From the human T2T-CHM13v2.0 reference genome, Homo sapiens, in NCBI RefSeq assembly GCF_009914755.1, contig NC_060934.1: a stretch of 64,000 nt of DNA; one strand, written 5' to 3'. Both the position numbers and the translations under genes were made by a program. A model generated the notes under the pieces. The model was not told the origin of the DNA. It did not search any database and worked only from the letters and a program-made list of their open reading frames with translations. Below, one piece after another: positions 47,614 to 61,276 of this stretch. Within the stretch, counting starts at the first letter, position 1, and each line of letters starts with the position of its first letter.

Positions 47614-49899
47614 AGTATTGAATGAACAGGATAATACGGGCGGTTTAGAGTACCCAAATGAAGGAACTCACCCCACCAAGTCTTCCCTGGCTCCTCCTCA
47701 GTGTTTCCCCTTTACACTCCTGCAGGACTCCATTAATACCTCTTGTAGGATACTGAAGTCTGATTCTATTAAAATTAAATTTGAAGTTGTCTTCTTTCTC
47801 ATGTTAACCCCACAAAGGGAGGGCCTGACTCGCACTCAATTCTTAACCTCAGAAACATCTCAGTCACATAGTGGTCAGCTGAAACTGACCAGATAATGCT
47901 CACCTTACGCTTAGAAGGGCAGACATCAGATTTCCAAAAGGAGCCAAAAACTGAGTAGGGGAGGTCAACCCACGCTTTGAACAATTCTGTCTTCATTTGA
48001 TCTTGAAAGAGCTCAGAAATAGTAAGACATAATCTTCTTAACACATACCAGTACAGAGAACCAAATACCCATTTCTCTAACCAACAGACGTGCTTTTAAG
48101 ATGGCTCAAAAAAATCCTCACTAAAACTCCGTAACATTAATTGCTGTGTATCAACAGTGAGTCTTTTGCCAAAGAAAGATAACTTAGACTTTTGTCTGGT
48201 GAGAAATAGATATATTAGTACACTGGCTTGCATAAATATTCCCATGAAATAATTAGTTCATTAATATGCAGCACATTAATCTGCAAAAACTTCTAAGCAA
48301 TGGAAATCCTGCCCAATTAATGGATTTCTTTAATAACTGATTGCCTTAAACTCATTGGCCTTAAAATTGATAAATTACACTTATCAAATAACATTTGATA
48401 GATGACTATTAAGTGATTTGGAGTTTCTCTCTCCTATGTAAAGTAGCTTGATGAAATCTGAAATTCAAGGACTCTTGATTTTACCAGCAAAGCACGTTCT
48501 GTGGTCTAACAGTGTCACCCAGTGGTAAAAGGCACAGTTTGGTGTTCAGGGGAGCTGTTGCTTTTTAAAAGAAATAACCCGTCATACGTGTTTCTTTACT
48601 AAAAGGAAAAGAAAAAAAACACTTTTTTGAATTGCAAGAAGAAAACTAGTACGTAAATTCTAAAAAACATGACTGGCACAGAAGTGAGCAGCTCTTCATC
48701 CAAGGCCACTCTGAAGCCTTTGGAGACCACTCAGGAAGGAGCATGCAGTCCTGAGCTGGGCCTCCTGAGCTCGGGAGAGAGGCACGGTGGTGTAGGACCC
48801 GTGACTCAGGAGCAGTGCAGGAGGAGTTGAAATCAGCCCGTTCTCCAGGCCAAACGAGAGACCACAGGCCACCCTCGCTCTCAGCTGCACTGTGTCCTTC
48901 CTGTTTTGCCTGTCTACCATGCAGCCACAATTCTCTAAAGTTCAGCACTTCCAGAAAAAAGAAACAAAAAGCAGCCAATTCTGTTCCAAGGTTCACTATC
49001 TGATCCTAAAAACTTTAAAAAAAAAAAAAAAAAAACCAAAAACTCTCATATGGTGAAGCTTAACTGAAATAATAAATTATTTAGCTTCCTTATCTGCAAA
49101 AAGAGAAGGCTGTGCCAGATGACCCTTGAGATCCCTTATTAGTGAAATGTTCTGATAATAAAGAAGAGTTTGGCTCACCTGCTGGTCTCCACCACACAGG
49201 TTTATAACCAAGAGCCCTACAGCTCTTGTCCCACCCTGAGGGCCTGACTGACCTGTGGAGGGCCCCACCTTTCGCCTCCATTCACTCACCCCTGTTCCCA
49301 AGAACCACTGACTTCTTTACATGAAGCCTACTTTGAGTAAGTTTTTAGGTACAGATGCTGAATTACCCAAGCTGTATCCACCCTCACTCCAGGCACCCCG
49401 AGGAGAGACTCAACTGCTTGGCCCAGGGTTAGAGAGGCCCACACGGGAAGGCAGAGTGGAGCAGATGTTATTTAACCAAAAGTCTGTATCCTGGGGCTCC
49501 CAGCTACCACAGTCAAGAAACACATTTTTAAAAAATCAAGACCCTTGAACTAGCAGCAGTAGTCACCCATACCGTATACGATAAATAAAAGTAAGCCAAT
49601 GTTTATTCTTCTTTGCATAAAATCACCTATACCAACACTTATACATTACAGCATCATTCAGTTAATTCAAGTCTGAATCCCAGAAACTCTCCTGAAATCA
49701 AGCCACAGTTCAGCCCTATTCTTCCTAGTTTTTCCTGACATACTTTTGCTTACTCTATAAATCCACGGATATTCTTCTTGCCTACTCCCACCAAAGCCCA
49801 AATACACGTGAAAAAAGTTAATCATGAAGTTTTTCTTATTCCCTTACATTTAGAAAATCAGCATCTACTCTCATAGACTACTTGTAAGAAGACAAATTT

Positions 49900-50230
49900 C
49901 TGCTACTCTCTGAAGAATTTGTTGGCAATGTGTAGCAAAAGGCCTTACCGTGAAACACCCTTGAACGCAGTAATTCCACTTTTAGGAATTTACCCTAAAG
50001 ACATCAACAGAGATGTAGACAAGTGTACACAGAATGATATTTATTCCGGCATGGTCTATGATAGCGGAAAAAAATGGAAGCCATTTAAATATCTAATAAT
50101 GGAATACAGTGCAGCTTAAAATCATCCATTATTAGAATAAATAATGAAAGGGAAAATATTCACAAGGCACTAAATAGGAGAAAAACATTAGGCTCCAAAC
50201 AGTATGCCCTTTACTTTGGAAAACAAATGC
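49900..50230 (+). mobile_element. L1ME fragment
   Basis: ccttgaacgcagtaattccacttttaggaatttaccctaaaga, aatggaatacagtgcagc. Confidence 0.65.
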
Positions 50231-50261
50231 CTACGTGTGTGTCTGTGTGTACAAATGCACA

Positions 50262-50405
50262 GCATGGTGATCCTCAAAGTGTCATCCCAGGGTCCGAGGC
50301 ATCGGCACCATCATGGAATTAGTTAAATGCAAATATCGGAGATGCAGTGAGTCAGTCTCTGGGGGGTGGGCCCGGCAACCTGTGTTTTATCATGTTTGCT
50401 AAGTG
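50262..50405. mobile_element. MER5A-like hAT-Charlie fragment
   Basis: ctcaaagtgtcatccc...aatgcaaat...tctggggggtgggcccggcaacctgtgtttta. Confidence 0.65.
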
Positions 50406-52129
50406 TCACATAACCTTTGCAGTAGACATTAAATTTATTCCATCATACAGATAGGGAAATTAAGGCCCAGCGAGACTAGGTGACTTGCCTAAATCTACAA
50501 GGCTAATTAAATGGCAGCTAGCAGCATCATGCAGCTAGCTCCAGAGTCCATGCTCTGAGCCACTTTGCTACAGCACCTCTCTATTTTAACTCTCCTATTT
50601 GGACGTGTGCTCTTTCTGCTAAATTAATGGCAGGATGCATCCCCCTGTTGTCTGATCACCTTCATAGTGGTTTAGCGCTTCTGTTACAAAGCTATTGATC
50701 TGGGGGCTGGGGGTGTCCTGGGCTCTATCACTAACATCCCCATTAATATATCTCTTGATGAATACCTGGTTGACATCTTTGAAGGCTAAAAAAAGATATT
50801 TAGATCTAAGTGAACATTAAATACCAGCACACATAAGCAAAAACTTGAATGCCATCAGCAATGACATGCAGCAGATACTGACTAAACACACAAGGCACCT
50901 GTTGCCTGCTAGAGGGGAGAGGCCATGTGGCAATCCCATGCACAGCTTCCAAACCACCTGGCCACCATCTTTGAAATTATACAAGTTTTGATTGACTTCT
51001 TTTCCTTTTTTGGTTTTTGCATGATTTCAAAATTTGCATGTAACAGAATCCTTATTTATATTATGTTATAGTCACAAAATTAAAATTGGTAAAATAAAGT
51101 TATCACACTTAATTCCTAAATTGCAAGTTCCTGAATAAAGAGACCTCCCTTGGAATTTTTCTCCTATGTTATTTTCTGAGGAGAAAACACCTCGGTCATT
51201 CATCTCAGGAAACTACAAAGAGGATGGACTGAGAAGATGGTTGATTTCGGCCTAATCATTCCTGAGAGGAAGGAAAATACACAGACCACGAAAAGCTTCC
51301 TGCTGGGCTAGCTTTCAAAGCCCTCAAACATTCCTGTCTTCAAGAGCTGACTAATAATTCCGTAATATTTATGACCTGGCCCAACTGGCCAAACAAACTA
51401 ATACTTTCAAAAGAAGAGACTATCTTCAAACAGACTTAATGACAGAAACTTTAGAAGGAACACAGAGACCAGGTGTTCAACTTCCTCATTATGACAGATG
51501 AGGAAACTGAGGCCCAGAGAGATGAAATGACTAAGTTAAGAGAGTGGCAAAGACATTCTGGACCACACAGTGGCAAAGCTCGGACTAGGACCAAGACTGG
51601 AGTCTGGTCCACTCTTCACTACCCAACACTGCCTCTCACTTCTGACTGCTTTGCAAATTTTCTAAATTGACTGTCCACATTTTCTACTGATCTGTGGGTG
51701 TTTTGGCACCGTGAGTAACACCACCATTAACATTACCTCTGGATCAGTAACTGGATGGCATCTTTGAAGACTAATATGTTTCAACTGTAAGTACACTTTA
51801 ATAACAGCTCGACAGTTTTATCTGCTTCTATAGCTGATCACGTTTTAAGATAGTACAGTCGTCATGATGATTTTTAAAGCTTCTCAAGCTAGGCGAAAAC
51901 TACCCATCTGCCTTTTTTAAAATTTGCAGTATTACCATTGAGCAGCTACAATGTTTAAAAACCAGTGACTGCTCAGACACGGTTATTTAGACATCCTCTA
52001 AGTCCCTACTTCCCACTGCATCTTGCTCCATTAAAACCTATTCCTCAAGCATCAGCATTCAGAATGAAATTAAGTAAGTTGGTGAACAAATTAAATTCAA
52101 CCCTACCGACCTTCAAAGTAAAGACCAGT

Positions 52130-52563
52130 CTAATTGACAACCTGACCCCCATATTCCCATCAGAACATAATGAATGCTCAAAAACGGACACAGATGGGCC
52201 CACATTACTACCACAAAAATAACCAGATGCCCCCTTTTCTCACCAACATGTATGATTGCAAATTCTTTACTGCATGGCCACTCTAACTCTACTTTAATCT
52301 CCTACCTCCTAGATAAAAGTTGTTGGATACCCAATCACTGAATTGTTTCTGCCTCCTGGCCACATCCAACCCAGATCTGGTCCCATTTCCCTAATTCCAC
52401 CTTCAAATCACCCAGTCCAACAACAACCCCAAGTCTGCCTTTCCAAAATAGTCCCAGGGTTCTTCTGGGTACACTGGCCCCGGCAGAAGCAAGCTAAACG
52501 AAGCCAACTTCTGTATAACTACACGTTGTGTTCCTGGTGGGTTTTGGCTGATGAGATTCGACA
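52130..52563 (+). mobile_element. Old LTR (ERV1-class, MER90/MER110-like; tentative)
   Basis: LTR-like end aagccaacttctgtataactacacgttgtgttcctggtgggttttggctgatgagattcgaca. Confidence 0.45.
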
Positions 52564-52805
52564 CTGTTGTCTGAAGTCACTAGTAACGTATGGCAGAGTA
52601 GAAAGAACCTTAAATAAAAGGTCCACAAACCTAAATCCTGACTTCACTTCTCTGGGTTTGTTTCCTTACTGGTAAAATGACAGCCAGTCATTCTATCATT
52701 TTGTAAGTTTTTCATCTCAAATCTCCGTATATTGGCCAAATTGTGGGTCAAACAGGTTTGTTTCTACAGAAGAATATGTTCTAACTTCCAACCACTCACT
52801 CACTA

Positions 52806-53004
52806 CAGGTTGAGCATCCCTTATCCGAAACACCAGAAGTGTTTCAGATTTCAAAGCTTTTCCAATTTTAGCATATTTGGAATATTTCTGAGTATCTACA
52901 CTCTGAAATGCTCCGGTGAGCATTTCCTTTAAGCAGCATGTCAGTGCTCAAAAAATTTTGAATTTTAGAGCATTTCAGATTTCAGATTTGGGATGTTCAG
53001 CCTG
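52806..53004 (+). mobile_element. Tigger4a/MER46A-like MITE
   Basis: TA|caggttgagcatccc...gggatgttcagcctg|TA inverted termini. Confidence 0.85.
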
Positions 53005-54184
53005 TATTTCACTTTTGAAATACTGAATTAGTTAAGGGTTTGTCTGGAAAACTTCATTTTTCACTCTTAAAAAGAAAAAAGAGACCTTAATGCCAGAAAC
53101 AACGGTAACAATGATGTGTTTTTTCTGTAGGCTTAAAATGTTCCATAATTAAAAGAATTTAAGTTGGCTCTTATTTGATTTCTGCTTCCGCAATGAAAAC
53201 TGAGCGTGAGGACTGGGACACATCTCTGTCTGGGTCTTTGGAGGATTGTCTGTCTCTAACCAAACCCTAGAGAACAGCTATTTCCATGGCCCCGGCCCTT
53301 TTAATTAAAGTCTGTTTTCCCACTTCCCTCTCTTCAGGCCACCTGGTGGGCTTTCTGTGAACAACCAATACGCAGGCTTCGCAGGGAGGACACCAAAAAC
53401 AAGAAAGGAGTAAAGCAACAGCTGTCAGCAAGACCAGGACCCACAGCGCTCGCTGGTTGAGTTAACCTGGTTGGCTGAACCAGTTACTATGTCTCCTACG
53501 GGGGAGCACAGGGTGGGCCTGAAGATCGAGAGGGGAGCAAGACGTGGTCCAGGAGCTCCCTGCCTGGAGGAGAAGAGAGCAGACGCGACAGACGCACCCG
53601 AGGGTCAACAACTGGGAACACGGACACCCTGGGGGTCCAGGGGGAGGCACAGGGAGGCCTCAGGGACCAGATGCTCTTCCGACTGCACCTCCTGCCAGCT
53701 CCAGGGGAGGTACTTGTGCCCTTGTACACAGGTCTGTGAGGGTGCGTGGGGCGTAGGTAACAGCACCTGGCTGCAAGTAGCTGGAAGCGCAGGGCTCCTC
53801 TGCAGTTCACACGAGAATGCTGGAGTTGGCCCAGGGCTGCTTCATCGCTTGGAGGTGGCAGGAGGAACCCGGGCTCTTCTCCTAGCCCTGCCTCAGCTGC
53901 CCCAGATACACATGGGAAGAAGGGAAGGCAGAGACAGCCCCTGAGGAGGGCTCTCTCCAGCTGCGAAGGCAGGCACTCCCAGAAGCCCCCGGGGGCCTTC
54001 CTCCATCGCCTCATTGGCCAGAACAGTGTCACATGACCACTCTAGCCGCAAAACGTGCCAGAAAAATGCAAATTGGCATCCAGCAGGGAAGAGGGGATGG
54101 CAACGGCTGTCAGGTGGACAATCAACCCTCCTCTACAAGTACACATGCACACGCACACACACGCACACACACACGCACACACAC

Positions 54185-54565
54185 CGACTGAATGCTGAGT
54201 CCCCCCAAAATTCCTATGTTGAAGCCCTAACCCCCAAAGTGACAGTATTTGGAGGTGGGACCTTTGAAAGGTAATTAGGTTTAGATGAGGTCATGAGGCT
54301 GCAGCCCACATGATGGGATCAGTGTCCTTATAAGAAGAGGAAAAGAGACCAGAGCTCCTTCTTTCTCAATCTCTCTCCCTGTACTCTCCAGCCTCAATGC
54401 CATGTGAGGACACAATGAGAAGACGGCTGTCTGCAAGCCAGGAACCCAATCTGCTGGCACCTTGATCTAGGACTTCTAGCCTCCACAAGTGTGAGGAAAC
54501 CAACATCTATTGTTTAAGCCACCCAGTCTGTGGCATCTGTTATGGCAGCCTAAAGAGACTAAGAC
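54185..54565 (+). mobile_element. MLT1A/MLT1A0 (ERVL-MaLR) solo LTR
   Basis: ccccaaaattcctatgttgaagccctaacccccaaagtgacagtatttggaggtggg...tgttatggcagcctaaagagactaagaca. Confidence 0.9.
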
Positions 54566-56515
54566 ACATACAAGAGTCAACTGCCTTCAAAGGCAGGCCA
54601 TCCTCCTGACAAGGGGCTTGCGAGGCCCCTCAGTTAACTACTCTGGATCCCAGCTCCAAGCTGAAAGGGAAACAAGAGCAATCGGAGTTTCTTAGAAGTG
54701 CTGAGTACTCGCAGCATCTATAATAAAAGCTGCAATAAGCAATAAAGATGAGAGAAGTTTAGGCCTTTTGGCCTCAGCTTTTCCATTTATGTGAAGCCTC
54801 CCTTTTAAACTAAGGGGGCTTTGGCAAAAGTTTAAATGTAAACACATTTGTAGTGAGTGTGGGTACTGGAATAAGGGAGTAAACTACACTGCCTCTGAAC
54901 TTTCCCTGATTCAACTCTGCACATTAATTCAACTCCCTCTGGAGGCTTGTGGTTCCAGGACGCCAAGCCTTGCCATTTTCCCACAGGCTGCCCTGTAGAG
55001 TCACGAGTAAACAAAAGCAGGGCAACCCCAGCTCCATGAGACCGTTCATTCACCACCGACAGTGATCTCAGTCACCCCATCACAGCACACCCAAACCCAG
55101 AAACTCGAAGTGATCTCCCCACAGGACTCAGCTGAAGCCTTTCACTATCTGTATGGACAGTAACAGACACAGGAAAACTTAAAAGCTGAATGGGAAAATG
55201 ACCGCATCCTGCAAGTGAGCATCCTACTTGGCAAACAAGGAACACAGAATGATGAAAGCCTAAAAACAAAGAGCTCACTGGTAAATACCCAGACATCGGG
55301 TGCCACATGTCTATAGAGCATAACAACCGTTTTTCTTACGGGAATGGAAAGGAGGCTGTTTTAGAAAATATTCAACATTTCAAAAATTCATCTAATTCTG
55401 GAGTTAAAAGAGGCCTTCGAGAAATACCACTTCATTTTAGTGATGAGGAACAGAGACATCAGTCATAATCCAGATCCTATAGAAGTGAAGTGATCCGATT
55501 TATCTTGACTCCAACAGGATGCTTTTAAGGATCATTTAGGACTACTGCAGTAATCTCATGTCTACTTTGTAAGCGTCCATCCTCAAGTCAATTCTCTGTC
55601 TGTCTCTCTCAAAACAAAGCCTTAATAGTCACTCCTTCCCCACTACACAAGTCTGTGAGAAACACCACCACCTACCACTGAGTCTGCAGCTCTAGTCCTC
55701 GGCTGTCAGGTATGAGGACTTTTGCCCCAAGAACCAATACATATCCTCCATCAAGTTACTCACTCTGGCAATTCATTGCATTGCAATCAAGTCTGTTACT
55801 ACCTAATAACTCTATGGTCAAGTGATGTTTGCCCAAAGTCTCAACACACCATCGAGGGATTTAAATCCTACAGCAGCAGTATGACTCAGGGAAAGAACAG
55901 AAAAAGGTGGCGTGGCACCCCTTAAGTAAATGCTCCACCTGATACGAAGTCCACATGAAATGGAGAAATCGGCTTCTTTCCCTGAGTTACCCAAGTTGTC
56001 ATGCTTTCATTTCTTTTGTTGTAACAGGATTCATTACCCAAGAACCCAGCATCCTATCAGCTTTGACTTCACTCACAGCTCTTATCACAAAGGTCAGAAC
56101 TTTTTTTAACAGTACCTTTTTCAAGTTCACATAAATAGGAGCTACTGGTTACTTTAACTAAATGAAAAGGACAAGGACAAAGGACACGTTAACATACTCA
56201 TAATGAAAACTTGTCTTTTACTGACAGCTGGTTATAGAGGAAATCACTCATCACTTCGAGAGGAACAATTGTAAAATAATTATGTAACAAGAAAATACAG
56301 ATCATCATAGCTAACTACTTCCTTTATGCCTTAAAAAAATTAATCTGAACAGCTTAATTACAGTAGGATAGTTTTACCTCCTTAAATGGATTAAGTACTT
56401 AAAAATGTAGCACAAAGGCCATGAAAAATGAGACAATTCTTTTAAAAGTTTTCTGAGGCAACTCAGAGTTGAAAGAACAAAATCTAAAAGTCATTCTCTA
56501 CATTTTGGTTTATAA

Positions 56516-56781
56516 TTTTGTTTTGTTTTGTTTTGTTTTTTGAGATGAAGTTCGGCTCACTGCAATCTCTGCCTCCCAGTTTTAAGCGATTCTCCTGCCT
56601 CAGCCTCCTGAGTAGCTGGGACTACAGGCGCCCACCATGCCCGCCTAATTTTTGTATTTTCAGTAGAGACGGGGTTTCACCATGTTGGCCAGGCTGGTCT
56701 TAAACTCCTGACCTCAGGTGATCTGCCCGCCTTGGTCTCCCAAAGTGCTGGGATTACAGGTGTGCGCCACCTCACCCGGCC
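56516..56781 (-). mobile_element. AluS with internal deletion in the right arm
   Basis: gagatgaagt joined directly to tcggctcactgcaa. Confidence 0.85.
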
Positions 56782-56910
56782 GATAATCTTACAAATGTCA
56801 AACTGAGTAAGATTCCAATTATTTGTGAGTATACTTTATTCAAGATTTTAAAATTCAGTTTATAGTAGAAAGTACATAAACACAGTGGTACATGGGACAT
56901 GTTAATTAGG

Positions 56911-56957
56911 AAGGACACTATTTTCCTTTTTTTTTTTTTTAAGGACACTATTTTCCT
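56911..56957 (-). mobile_element. Solo poly(A) insertion with perfect 17-bp TSD
   Basis: aaggacactattttcct + T13 + aaggacactattttcct. Confidence 0.75.
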
Positions 56958-57731
56958 AATTTCATCTATGAATCTTTAGAATTGAAGACATAAACCTTAT
57001 TTTCCACTTACAAAATGTATTAGCTCTGGAAAAAAAAATCTGTATTACCATTACTATAAATCATTATACCTGATAACAACATATTATCACCAATGTTAAG
57101 GAATATCTTTTTCTCCTTCTATAGTTTAATCCACTGAAATGCCAGTCTCAATAGTCCCTATTTGTACCTTTCTGGCTTTATCAAATTCTCCCCAATTCTC
57201 CCCCAAAAAGGCTTCAGAACCTTCTTGGTGGCCTGTGACACTAGCTTTTCATATTTCAACCCTACAGCGGTTGGACTGTGCTTCCTGTCTACTTTTGCCA
57301 CACATTTAGCCTCTCGGAGACCTGCCTTCTGTGACATATGGTGTAGTTCTATTGTAAAGGATTGTGAACTATTTTATTTAGTGTAGAGAAAAGAAAAATG
57401 ACAGCCTTAGAGAAACAAAACATTTTTAATTTGAAAAGGACGGTCTGTGTGATCACATCTACTCTGTGTAATTGCCTGTGATAACTGGCATGGCTATGTG
57501 TGACCCTCCCACCTAGAAATGATGCTTGGGAAGATCTTGGTGGGAACCACAGAAGGAAGGAGGATGTTGCAAAACATTGCCACTGTGATGACCAAAGTCC
57601 TGAACCCTAAAATGGGTCACGGTGAATCCACTCAATGGTGATGGAAATACAGCTAAGAAAGACTCAGTTATAAGCACTTTCCTTCTCTGCACAATTAGAC
57701 TTGCTCTAAAGAACTCAGATAAACTTTCTAA

Positions 57732-58168
<437 letters not shown>

Positions 58169-58658
58169 GTCATTATTTCACTTCGTTGTAATGCTTGTTG
58201 TGACCCACTAAACTAATTTTATGACCCACTAACAGACTGCCTAGCAGCTTGGAAAATCCTGCCCTAATTCACTTACTTAAACTTGCCACAGTAATTTGGC
58301 AGCTCTCTTGAGACTAGCGAAAGCACACAAAAACGTCCAACAGCAATGTACATTGGATGAGCTTGCTCTATACCACCTGTCATGATCTCTTCCAAATGGG
58401 AAACATTTAAACAGTTTTATTTGGGTTAATATTACTGATAGTAAGACATCATCTTCTCTTCCACCTAATCTTTAAACTACCTTCTCCAATTGTTAAAAAA
58501 TAATCTCAACTCTTTTTACCTGTGTGTGAATGAGGGAGAGAATACAAATTAAAGATGACTTCAATAATTATATCTGTTCACAGGTAAGTTTTTCCCCTAC
58601 ATCATGATGAAAGCTGAGGAATAAAGATGACCGAGACAGTAAATTTCCCCACACTTAC

Positions 58659-58724
58659 TAAAATACTTTGTAAAGCAGTTCCAACAGTTTCTCTATCCAC
58701 AAAATTAGTTTCAACTGCATTCTC
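58659..58724 (-). other. FAM107B: Probable alternative 66-nt 5'UTR exon of FAM107B
   Basis: Acceptor tgttttttttttaaag|GAGAATG; consensus donor TTA|gtaagt. Confidence 0.7.
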
Positions 58725-61228
58725 CTTTAAAAAAAAAACATAGTGAAAGTCAGTTAACAAGTTTCTTAATGCCAAAGCAATCATTCTATCTGCATAATTT
58801 TCTAAGAAGCTGAACAAAATTCCACACCCTTAGCTCAAATTAACAATGGGTAAGAAGGAAGTTCTCTGGTCCCTGGTACCAGGAACCAGTCAAGGGCCAT
58901 TTAACCCCACCACACAGGAAACTGGGCAAAAAGAGTAGGGGAGACACTAAGAACTGAGGCACTTTTCATACTGACCAAAACAGATGAGGCAACAGTAATA
59001 GTATGACTCGCAGAAGGAGCCCAAGCTTTAGAGTCTGAGAAACTCAGCCCAGCTCTGCCACATATCAGCTGGCCTTAGTTCAGCAGCAAAAACAACAAAA
59101 ATAATTACTTAACTAATATTAGCTTTGAGCTGGGCAGTCCTAACTGCCATTATCTCAGTGAATTTTTACAACACTCTGAGGTAGGTTCTGAGGGCCAGAG
59201 AGGCTAAGAAACTTGCCCAAATTCATAAAATTCATAACAATTAATAATGGGAGGGCCAGGCTTCAAACAGGCTGACTCGTTTTAAAGCGGTTCAGGGGGC
59301 TCAGGTAGCTTTCTGAGCCCGTTTTTCCTTGTCTTCACCTCCCAGGCTTGCTGCAAGGTTTGCCGCCTCTGGCCCATCCTAAGAGGCTCACTGCCACACA
59401 TATGTCATATATAATTAATGTATAGTAGATATGGACTCACCTGATCACAGGCATCTCAGATAAGCTGGCCTCGCCTGTTCAGAGAGTTAGAAATGGGCTT
59501 TTTCTTTATCTCCTTTTCCTCTACCCTCCCACTGCCTTACTCCACAAACACACCTCCCCCACGAATACTTCCCACCTACCTTATGGCACTGCAGTTCACA
59601 GCACTGCAGGCATGAGAAACATGACACCCATCATGAGTAGGTTTACTAAAGGAAGGGAGGTGAGTGCTAGCATTGCTCAGACAGGGCAAAGGTGCCAGGT
59701 AATTCAAAGCCAAGACAATGACAGTCAGAGAGTCATAAGGGCCGGAACTCAGACTGGGCAGGAGGAATGAGCTGGGAGAACCATTAGATTAAACTTATTT
59801 ACCCAACAAGGTCTTTGCCACCCAACAGAAGGGAGGCAGGAGAGGGATGAAGGCTGGTACTGCTGGTGTGAAATGGACTGGACCAGTTGAGACTTGGGGA
59901 TCTGGTACAAATGAGAGGGGCAGGGTCTCAAACATGCCAGGAGTTCTGCTTAAGGCAATAAATAATCTCACAATGGAGTGTAGCGTTGCATAAACATTGG
60001 TTTTGGAAACAGGAAGTACCAGTACCAAGCAGCTAATAAGTTTCAACAGAACATTTCAAAACAGGGTTACACTGTCCCTTTCTTTCCTGTGTAAGGTAGA
60101 TGACAAATGCTATCCCCTCCAATCCTCTACCAAAAAAGTGGGTGAGCAGAAGCAGCGATGGGCGGTCAATGAAGTTCACAGAAGTATATCAACCAAAAGC
60201 TCATTTAATCAAGTGGATGAAAAATATGTCAATAATACACCATCATCTGATGACTGATTCAGGCATTTTTTAAAGCAAATATAGAACAATTGTGAGTATG
60301 CAAGCTCCTATGGTCTAACAAGTTACCTGTCAATGTCAGACCGAAATTATTAGTTGTCATAGCAGCAGTACACAACACTGCCTGCTCAGATTAGTCATAA
60401 GCAGTTGAGCTCTTTGTTTTACATTATAAATATACAACTAATTATTATAAAAACTATCTTCCAAGTATTAAGAAATCACTACTTTCTCAAACCAGAGGGA
60501 TTTATAACCAAAGTCATAATCTTGACTTGGAGAAAAGCACCCATAAGCCTAAATGACATAAATTGAATTTATAAATGTTCAGGAAACAGGACATTGTTAT
60601 TATAAAGTTGTTTAATAATTTGAAGTCATACGATGTTTTTTTACCTCAAGGAAAAACATTGATTATAAAACTGACTACTGGATTAAATAATATTATCTAA
60701 CAAAAGCAGACTTACAAAGACATCTATTATTTTAATTAAGTAGTGATGACATTATGAACTTGGAATCATACTCCCACTGACATAATTTAATGCCTGATTA
60801 TAAAACAAACTATTCTAAACATTTTACTTCTGTCTTTAATCTAGTTTTATTTTGCTCACTCTCATTTTTTTAAATAAGTTGTTCCCACCCCATTAGCAAG
60901 AAATAAATTTTGTTTTCTCTTAAAATGTTCACTTCTGAGATAAAGATTTGATTCAGTGACTTGGAAAAATTGGGCATTATTTGTTTCCTCACTGCATCTG
61001 CTGCGGAACCATTTTCTCCACAATTAAACATCATGGCTTTATCAAAGAACACAGGTCTAAACGTCAGAAACGCCAGGCCCAGTCCTTGCTCTGCCACCCA
61101 GGAGGCTCTGTGCCTTCAGAAGGCAAGTTTACCCCTCAGCATCAAAGTATTCTCACCTGAGCCCTGGCCTAGGCAATCAGAGGTCCTCACTAATCAGGAC
61201 AGGCCAGTGCTAAACTTGCAGACATCTT

Positions 61229-61230
<2 letters not shown>

Positions 61231-61274
<44 letters not shown>
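61231..61274. repeat. (CA)~22 microsatellite
   Basis: Direct reading. Confidence 0.95.

Positions 61275-61276
<2 letters not shown>

Noticed and set aside
53471-54032. 157-aa and 178-aa overlapping ORFs
   Set aside because: Non-ATG starts, low-complexity G/P/R composition, no homology I recognise
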